Shown piece by piece: positions 54,742 to 64,000 of a stretch of 64,000 nt of DNA; position 1 is the stretch's first letter; each line of letters opens with the position of its first letter. The stretch covers positions 46,872,001-46,936,000 of the forward strand of contig NC_043008.1 of assembly GCF_006345805.1 (NCBI RefSeq). The letters are read 5' to 3'. The notes under the pieces are model-generated. The model worked only from the letters and a program-made list of their open reading frames with translations, did not search any database and had not been told where the DNA came from. Position numbers and translations under genes: made by a program. Source of the stretch: Octopus sinensis (taxonomy: Eukaryota).

Positions 54742-56014
54742 AATATATATATACCTTCTTTTTAATTCATGCCACCCAAGAAACACTAAAACAAACATCC
54801 CCTTCAACCTGCAAGAAGGATATGCACAATAGTGTCAGAACAAAATACCAGGAACTTTAGACTGCAAGAACTCAAAAACACCCTAATTGACAGACATTAC
54901 CCAGCTCAACTCATAGAGGATGGGATCAGACGTGCAACAGAAATCAACATAGAAACTTTAAGAAAAGTCAACACAACAACACACCTTCCCCGAAAATACT
55001 ACCTTACATATCTACATACAACCCCAGAACAAAGAAGCCTTCACCATCATCACCCAGAATTTACCAATACTTCATAAAAACCCAAAATTAAAGGAAATTC
55101 TAAACATACACCAAATCATTAAAAGCTACAAACAGCCTAAATCACTTAAAAAGATTCTCACAAAGGCAAAATTGTCTTCTAAAATTACGGATGCAAAAGT
55201 AAAAAAAATGTGGTAGATCGAAATGTGCAACATGTCCTAACCTATTGGAAGGATCAGAATTCCTCTTTAAAGAGGGACAGAAATTTAAGATCAAATCTAA
55301 CTTACTTGTGCCTCTGAAAACATAATTTATGTTATTAAATGCTCGGGCTGCCACCAAGACTACGTGGGTTCCACGGGACTATCACTCAGGCGCAGATGCA
55401 CACTGCATCGACAACAGATTGCATTCCCAGAATATAGAATGATACCTTTTAGTGAGCACATTGAGAAATGCGCAAAGCAACTACTGCCACAATTTTTAAT
55501 CTTCCCATTTTACCAATGTGCTTTCGGATCATCAACACAAATGAGACTGAACAAGGAAACATCTTCATTGAAAAGTACAAACCCAGACTCAACCATCCGA
55601 ACATACTGACACAGAGAAATTAACAAGGAAATGGAAAAAAAAATTTTTAAGCGATTATCTCCCCTACACCGGAAAAAATCACTCACTACCTCCCCTTATT
55701 TAGAAATCTCCTGGAAATAAAAACAACGATAATTCCATGCAATATAAACATAACGTCACAAGAAATTTGAAAGCTACACGCGAAACCGGTAATTTTTTAA
55801 AAATTTTAAAATTATGTCATTTTAAGGAAAGGGAAAAAAAAAAAAAAAAAAAAAAAATTTTCCAATATTCTCCAGACATTTTGACACAAATAATATATTT
55901 TTTAACATTTAAGCCTTCTGTCGTTTTTTCACACTTTACTATTTTCTATATATTCACCCACGTGCTTTACCAAACAAACTTTCTTATCTATATATTAAAC
56001 ACGTGAGAACGAAA

Positions 56015-57365
56015 ATGCCACAGAAGTCAAACACCTCGGACAAAACCTTAAATGAGGACATACTCAAAGAACTGAAAAATATTAATTCACAGCTTCTTAA
56101 CCTGAACAACAAAATCGAGGAATCAAACTTACTCGCCCGGGAAAGTAAAAGCAATGAAGATGCAACCCGTTACACTGACCAGGTGAGTAAGGATCTACAA
56201 CTGTTATATACAACACTGAACTCAATTTTCATCAACAAATCCGAAAATAATACACAGGCACCTAATGAAACACAGCAGGATACCATACGCACCCAAACCA
56301 ACCCAACAAAAAGAAAAATAGGAAACGTTTGGAATACAAACCTGCACAACAGAAAACTCACCTTCTGGAACATGATAAAAAATTCCAACAAAGCAGATAT
56401 CTACGAGGGATGGATAAACTCAACACCAATTATCCTCCCACGCAAATTCCAGATAAAATTAATTCCTAACGAGCCTGACGGACAGAGATCTATTAGAGAA
56501 AAGTCAGCTCTGTTCAATTTTAAATCAGAAATAGAGCTTCTAAGACTCAGGGCCTCCACAAATGAAGAAAAACTTAAAAGCATAGACGAGGAGATGCACA
56601 ATCAAATACTAAAATATACCGAGGGACAACCCTCGATAATACATTGGATCACTGGAAGGATTCCTGTGAGAGAGAAGAGAGAAATTCTTTCCTACGCTGG
56701 GAGAAAAACATGGACTTCTTCAAAAATATAGTGAAACCTTCAAAAATGAATTGGGTACAAATAATCCCTTCCTTAAGAAAATTACAATAAATAAAAAAGA
56801 AAAACCTAACAACCCACGAACAACCCCCAACTATCCTCCATACACTAAAAACAGAAATCACCCACAACCAACCTCTACAAACCACGCTAGACCTAACAGG
56901 GAACTAGCTGAAAGAGGACGCGTCTATGAAAGAAATTACACCAAAAACAGAACAAACCAACAACATCATAATACCAGACCAACCACCATACAGCACAATA
57001 CGACACTAGGATAAGAAATACACCACACACAATCACTACTACCCCATGAACCAAAACTACTGGTCCCCACTAAACACAAGACAAACGCAAAGAAACACTA
57101 TGTCAAGCAACATCCCACATACAAGAAGTTCGAAACAAAAATATTCCCCATACAGAAATTTTACACACACCACAAGCATTAACAACCATAGATTCCCACA
57201 CACACACAACGATCGGAGGCAACAATACCACCACTCCCCCGACCAAATACCACACAACCTCACAGACAACTCATACAAACAAAATTACACCCAACATTTT
57301 TTAGCCAGGGACCAGGGACACCAGGACACAGGCTGGAACCTAGTAATAAGGAAAACCGAAGATAA
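56015..57365 (+). CDS. PLE upstream ORF (coiled-coil-like N-terminus plus N/T/H/Q/P-rich region), apparent single-base frameshifts
   Basis: ORFs 56003-56731, 56751-57014 and 57046-57393 join through single-base shifts (e.g. DHWKDSCEREE..RWEKN read in an alternate frame). Confidence 0.6.
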
Positions 57366-59610
57366 TCAATCTTTCAACCAAACCTCTTTCTAACATAAAA
57401 ATTGACATCCTCACAAAAGGGCTCAAATTTACACCAACTCCACGCAGAGCAAACCTAAATGAACTCAAGGATAATATAACAGAATTTTGCAGAAAATTAA
57501 GACTAGCAGAAGCATCAAACAGTTTCAATACTGAAGATGAATCACTTGTCAAGAACAAAAGTGAACACATCCCACACAGAGGAAGAAATAAAGATCTTGA
57601 CGAATTCTGTAACCACATTGAGAACTTCCCCTACCATACTATACATAAACAGAAAGCTAACCCAAATTTAAACAATACACAATGGAAAGAACTGATAGAA
57701 CTCCAAAATGATGAAGATATAACCATTAAGGAAGCGGACAAGGGAAATGCAGTTGTAATAATGGATACATCATACTACAGAAATCTTGTAATTTCCTTGC
57801 TTGATGAAGACCTACATTATGAAAAAAAATTACCAACTACACCCACAAAAAATAATGAAAACTCTATCTTCACTAATTAAAACCCATGAAAAGGAACTGA
57901 CAACCAAAGAGATTGATTTCCTAACAAACTTTAAATGCAAACCTAGCCTTTTCTATGGTCTGCCAAAAATTCATAAAAGTCAAATTATAAATGAAACCAT
58001 TAAAAAATCACCAAAGACATACATACACACACCTAATCCGGGGGACCTAAAACTACGACCCATTGTAGCTGGCCCAACCTGTGAAACACACAGACTAAGT
58101 CTACTTATGGACATCCTCTTGAAACCCTTCCTTAAACATATCGATAGCCATATCAGAGATGACTTAGATATGTTAAACCACCTTCAAAAAAAACCAAGGA
58201 AGAAACAATCCTGGTTTCATTGATGTAGTCAACTTGTATACCAGTATACCTCATAATTATGGACTGGAGGCAATACAATTCTGGTTAGACCAATTTCCGG
58301 AAGAAATACCAAAAAGGATCAGTAAAGAATTCATTACTAAATCAATTGAATTCATCCTACACAATAACCACTTCATGTTTGACAATACATTTTACCGTCA
58401 AAAATCCGGAATTGCTATGGGTACAAGGGCAGCACCAGTCATTGCGAACTTAACAATGGGATACATGGAAATAATCATTTACCAGGAATCTCTATCAATC
58501 TTTGGAAACTCCCTCTCTCAATACATAAAAGAGAATTGGAAACGATTCCTAGACGATTGTTTCATTCTCTGGAATGAAAACATAGATAAACTCCTAAAAT
58601 TTAAAAACCTATTGAACAGCATAAACCCAAATATACAGTTCACAATGGAATACAACCAAAAGGAGCTCCCGTTCTTGGATATACTAATTAAAAAAATTAA
58701 CCTTAAAATAGAAACAGACATTTTTTACAAGGCCACAGACGCCAAACAATACCTTCTTGTTAATTCATGCCACCCAAGACACACTAAAACAAACATCCTC
58801 TTCAACCTTGCAAGAAGGATATGCACAATAGTGTCAGAACAAAATACCAGGAACTTTAGACTGCAAGAACTCAAAAAACACCCTAATTGACAGACATTAC
58901 CCAGCTCAACTCATAGAGGATGGGATCAGACGTGCAACAGAAATCAACATAGAAAACTTTAAGAAAAGTTCAACACAACAACACACCTTCCCCGAAAATA
59001 CTACCTTACATATCTACATACAACCCCAGAAACAAAGAAGCCTTCACCATCATCACCCAGAATTTACCAATACTTCATAAAAACCCAAAATTAAAGGAAA
59101 TTCTAAACATACACCAAATCATTAAAAGCTACAAACAGCCTAAATCACTTAAAAAGATTCTCACAAAGGCAAAATTGTCTTCTAAAATTACGGATGCAAA
59201 AGTAAAAAAATGTGGTAGATCGAACTGTGCAACATGTCCTAACCTATTGGAAGGATCAGAATTCCTCTTTAAAGAGGGACAGAAATTAAGATCAAATCTA
59301 ACTTTACTTGTGCCTCTGAAAACATAATTTATGTTATTAAATGCTCGGGCTGCCACCAAGACTACGTGGGTTCCACGGGACTATCACTCAGGCGCAGATG
59401 CACACTGCATCGACAACAGATTGCATTCCCAGAATATAGAATGATACTTTTAGTGAGCACATTGAGAAATGCGCAAAGCAACTACTGCCACAATTTTTAA
59501 TCTTCCCATTTTACCAATGTGCTTTCGGATCATCAACACAAATGAGACTGAACAAGGAAACATTCTTCATTGAAAAGTACAAACCCAGACTCAACCATCG
59601 AACATACTGA
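57359..59610 (+). CDS. PLE reverse transcriptase + Zn-linker + GIY-YIG endonuclease (frameshifted in this assembly)
   Basis: KIINLS..KGLKFTPTP, ADKGNAVV, FYGLPKIHK, RPIVAG, LYTSIPH, GIAMGTRAAP, WKRFLDD, LPFLDI, CGRSNCATC, IIYVIKCSGCHQDYVGST. Confidence 0.88.
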
Positions 59611-60010
59611 CACAGAGAAATTAACAAGGAAATGGAAAAAAAAAATTTTAAGCGATTATCTCCCCTACACCGGAAAAAATCACTCACTACCTCCCCTTAT
59701 TTAGAAATCTCCTGGAAATAAAAACAACGATAATTCCATGCAATATAAACATAACGTCACAAGAAATTTGAAAAGCTACACGCGAAACCGGTAATTTCTT
59801 TAAAAATTTTAAAATTATGTCATTTTAAGGAAAGGGGAAAAAAAAAAAAAAAAAAAAAAATTTTTCCAATATTCTCCAGACATTTTGACACAAATATATA
59901 TATTTTTTAACATTTAAGCCTTCTGTCGTTTTTTCACACTTTACTATTTTCTTATATATAAATATATATATAATATTATATAATTATATATAATATATAT
60001 ATAAAATTAT

Positions 60011-60058
<48 letters not shown>

Positions 60059-60084
60059 ATATATAGATATATATATCTATATAT

Positions 60085-60400
60085 ATGTAGGTCCCGGGTG
60101 ATTCGGAGTTAACCACAGTAAATAAGGTAATCAATACATAGTAGAGTAAAATCATTTATTATTATAGAAGGAGCTTTACAGACTAGAACTGTTCATTCAA
60201 GAGAAATTCAGGAAGAATATATATATATATTGCCAAAACTGTACAAGGAAATAAAAATAAAAATTCAGAGACAGGTTAGGGAACAAACGCGACAGTAAGG
60301 AAATACGGAAGAGGCTTTGATATTTCGAGTCTAAGCTCATCCATAGAAATAAATGAGTATAAAAAAGAAAAACGAGAGAGAGAAAAATGTTTCTAGATTA
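60085..60400 (-). mobile_element. (TA)n-bounded pseudo-LTR-like modules with degenerate hammerhead-like core
   Basis: Minus strand CTATGGAT-GAGC-TTAG-ACTC-GAAAT at 60322-60346, resembling 47166-47190. Confidence 0.45.
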
Positions 60401-61164
60401 ATGTTTTCACTTCTACATACATATCTAGAGATTTGCTTTTCGCGTATGACGCTACAGAAAATACTAATAGGTCTATTTATGAATCGTTTCTTACCTTGTT
60501 GCTATTGATTCTTTTTGCTGTTGTTTTTCATAAGCCATAAGTTGTATCTTTTCTTTCACTTACTCTTTGTAACATTATTTTCTGTAAGCATTTTTGCTGT
60601 TTGTTTGTTACTGTTTATAGAATTTTTTCTGGTACGTTTTAGTCTGTCCTTCGGTGTGTTAATTTGCTGGAATTGTTTTTTATGTCCCGCAAGGTACTTA
60701 TCTACTCTCTAGTAAACACTATCTCAAATTAACAGATTACAAATTCAATAGCATTGTCAATCATCTGATTGTTAAGTCCTATTACAACGAATGCGAAAGA
60801 TGAACAGTGTGCTTCCATTCATAGACAATGACAGTAAAAACGACATTTATAAGAGGCGCTAAATTCAGTTCGAAACGTTGTTTACGCCATTGACCGAGAA
60901 AATCTATCACGTCTAAATTTAAAAAATATATATATAATAATTCGTCATAAACAATTAAAATAAGAGAAAATAATCTTCCCGTAATTTAACTTCCAGAATT
61001 CTTCACTACATGTGGCTGGGAGAAAGAAGTAGTCGCTTCTATGCTGCAATTAAATATTTTCTTATTAACACTTGCCCGTATCTGCATATTTACTCATAGA
61101 AATCGACCAATGTTTACAGGTTTTTTTGCTAGTAATAATTGAAAGTTAGAACTCGCGTAAGAAT

Positions 61165-61340
61165 ATATATATATATATATATTGTAATGGTAAGACAACC
61201 AAAGAATGAAAGAGACCTCGATATTATGTAAATAGAGGAATTTATCTGTAATATAATATGCGACAATTATTCGCTTGCCATACTAAAGCTCCGAGTTTCG
61301 GATGTTGGGGTGGAAACATGCAGCGGCATCTCTTCAATTA
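61165..61340 (-). mobile_element. (TA)n-adjacent module with hammerhead-like core
   Basis: Minus strand TTGAAGA-GATG...CATC-C-GAAAC at 61295-61337. Confidence 0.45.
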
Positions 61341-61911
61341 TGGAGGTAATCAATATATGCTATGAAAATGACCGTTAAACAAAAGGAAATTACTATGTAA
61401 TTGGCCTTTATTAAGTCAAAAGAGCTATTAGAACGACCGTTAAATAAGGGGGAAAATCCGAAGAGAAGGAAGTAAAAAGGAAAGAAGTCAAAATGCTCAT
61501 AAAAGTCGCGTATGCGCGCATGTGCATTCATACACAGGCGCACACGCACTCCTAAATATATGTGCCTATATGCATATGCTCACACAAACTTGCATGAAAC
61601 CACATGCGCACCCACAGATACGCCAAATACATGCACATATATATGCAACCGTACATGCACACGTATACAAAACCACACACACGTGCACATACCCATATGC
61701 GAACAGTTATATACCAATACACGTCTAAAAATACACACATGCTATATGCTCGTGCGCATGTGCGCATTTTTAGACGTGTATTTGCATATAACTCTGCGCG
61801 TATGGGTATATGCACGTGTGTGTGTGTGTGTGCGTGTATTAATTGTGACATATATATGTTGTATGGAAATGATGGCTTTGTGTTTTGATATTAATATTTT
61901 CCAACTCACTG

Positions 61912-62128
61912 AAAGGTTCGAGCTGACAGAATCGTTAACACGCCGGGCAAAATGCTTAAAGATATTTCGTCCGTCTTTACATTCTGACTTCAAATTCCGG
62001 CCATGTTGACTTTTCCTTTCATCCTTTCGGAGTCAATAAAATAAATACCAGTTGAGAATTAGGGCCGATATAATTCGCGAACCCCTTACCCTGAAGTTGC
62101 TAGCCTTGTTCTAAACTCTGAATCCCAT
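61912..62128 (+). mobile_element. SINE family A
   Basis: gagctgacagaatcgttaacacgccgggc...ttcaaattcc...cctttcatcctttcgg. Confidence 0.8.
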
Positions 62129-62763
62129 ATTTTTTTCTGTGGAGATTTCCTTTTTAATTCATTCGTGCCTTTCAATCTGGTTGGCACTTGTCAAAAATTA
62201 CGATACAAGGAGGCCAAAATCCGTTATGGAAGCAAAACCATCTCAATTTTGAGAACAAATTTAAAATCTCCCATATAGTTTTAAATTTCCTCGTAAGATA
62301 TAAATATATTTATAAAGATATTAATATCGTATTTCTAATGATTATTTTCGCCAAAAAAAGGGAAATAGTTTACTGTAGGGTCATATGCATTTTAAGAAGG
62401 GAAAACAGCTACCCTCGACACCTCAGACCATTACACAAAGCTTGGTAAAAGACTATTGACAGAAGGCTTAACCTTACTTTTTAGTAGACGAAGAAACCTA
62501 AAACTGTAATGGTCAAATTCAGACGATAAAACCTGTATAAACATAAGTTGATCATTTTAAACAAGACAGAAGCTCTAAACTGGTTCACATAATAAATAGG
62601 ACGCGGAAATAGCCTGAAATCGTTCATACAAAAAATCAGAGAGATTTATTGCTCCAAATGATCTGTATTCGTCTCGTAGGCAGATAAAAGAAAACATTAA
62701 TATAAATGTTTAAATAAAATCACAGTCGTATTTTCCATACAGTATAAACACGTATATATGCAT

Positions 62764-62814
<51 letters not shown>

Positions 62815-63892
62815 CATGCATACATACATACATACATATATATATATTTTATATTTATATGTGTTTCTATTCATACATACATGCATATATACGTACATAC
62901 ATATATGGAGAGGGGTCTGTGTGTATATGTACATACATATTTATATGTATAATAATATATGCATTTGCGTCTGCCTTTATACAGATAAACACACACGCAT
63001 GAAAAAGTATTTTCGTTTCATCGAAGACATGACTGTGTTTGAGGTTGAATTTCTTTATTTTTATCAGTTTTTTTACCGTTTCTTTGAAACAGTAGATTTT
63101 TCTAAATTCGCAATCTAGTTCTTCAAAGCTTTCACTGCTTCATTTACAAGAAGTAAAATCTATTTCTTTTCTGTGCTCTTTCGTTATAAACTGGGCAAAA
63201 TATTGTAGGCTTTTCCAAGGAGACGAGATTATCTGTTAAGCGACCGCATCATCAGCCACGTGTAAGACTTTTTAATGCCTGTATTTTTTGCGCATTTATT
63301 ATTTCGGTATTGTGTTATGATATGAGTAAAGCTGCCGTAAAAAATATTGTTCTTTGGTATATTTTAACATGGATTTAGGAACTTTATGTTCCGAATTATC
63401 TACAAGAACCCTATACAAGTAAGATACATCGCACTGCATGAGTCGAACACAAATAAATGTCAATTTTTTTTTATCGGTTGACGGATACGAAAAACCCCGG
63501 TGTCCCGGGATGTCGTGCACCAAGGAACCGAACGTATTGAACATAATGTCGTCGTAAAAGTAGCGGTTATTCTCTTGATGTACACTACAGCAACGAACAC
63601 ATTTTTTTCAGAATATATACGTTGATATTCCTTCCAGGTGTCATGTTGTATCTGGGGTTACATATAAATATAATTTAAGATTCACCTAAAACTTTCCAGC
63701 AGAGTATAAATTATTTAACTGTACAAGCAAAAGACTGCCAATGATTTCTAAGTTCTGCCCTCATTAGACTTTCTGACAAAGAAGAACATAATAAAACTTC
63801 CAAATCACTATGAATCATTTTTTTCATTAGAAAAGGTAAATGTTAAATATGTGTGGGTGTTTATGACTGATGTTTATACAAATATAGAAGCA

Positions 63893-63932
<40 letters not shown>

Positions 63933-64000
63933 TTTATATATACAGTCTACTTAATCTTTCGCGCATTGGGGCAGATGCTATGACTTATGTAAGCTATTCT

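Larger units (their letters stand above)
54751..59957 (+). mobile_element. Young Penelope-like retroelement (Neptune/Naiad-type), partial tandem structure
   Basis: ~1.2 kb direct repeat 54751-55952 vs 58749-59957; RT and GIY-YIG motifs; both ends abut (TA)n. Confidence 0.93.

Noticed and set aside
53980-54807. 275-aa minus-strand ORF
   Set aside because: Chance fusion of a (TA)n translation with the truncated CR1 APE C-terminus
59200-59610. Selenocysteine recoding as reported for some Naiad-type PLEs
   Set aside because: All Cys positions in the Zn-linker and GIY-YIG use TGT/TGC; no in-frame TGA at conserved Cys

Overview
This is an AT-rich, microsatellite-dense eukaryotic window with no host protein-coding gene I can support; it looks intronic or intergenic. 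The SINE families resemble those I know from octopus (Octopus sp.), which is my recognition rather than a database result. It is a mosaic of: (i) tRNA-derived SINEs of about 4 families; (ii) decayed LINEs (RTE, CR1-like, Tx1-like, R4/Dong-like); (iii) mariner and hAT transposase remnants and a MITE; (iv) many short (TA)n-bounded modules carrying hammerhead-ribozyme-like cores; and (v) a very young, probably near-intact Penelope-like element (PLE, 54751-59957) with a 1.2 kb tandem direct repeat, RT and GIY-YIG domains. The leads most worth checking are: a long extra N-terminal ORF in the PLE joined to the RT through an in-phase U-UUU-UUA slippery heptamer (candidate -1 frameshift, gag-pol-like layout); a palindromic tRNA-headed element with hammerhead-like arms (10959-11442); and a 3' motif plus covarying hairpin shared between a CR1-like LINE and a CORE-type SINE. 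Most ORFs in the supplied track are microsatellite translation artefacts. There is one 100-N gap at 15880-15979. Coordinates of degenerate elements are approximate.
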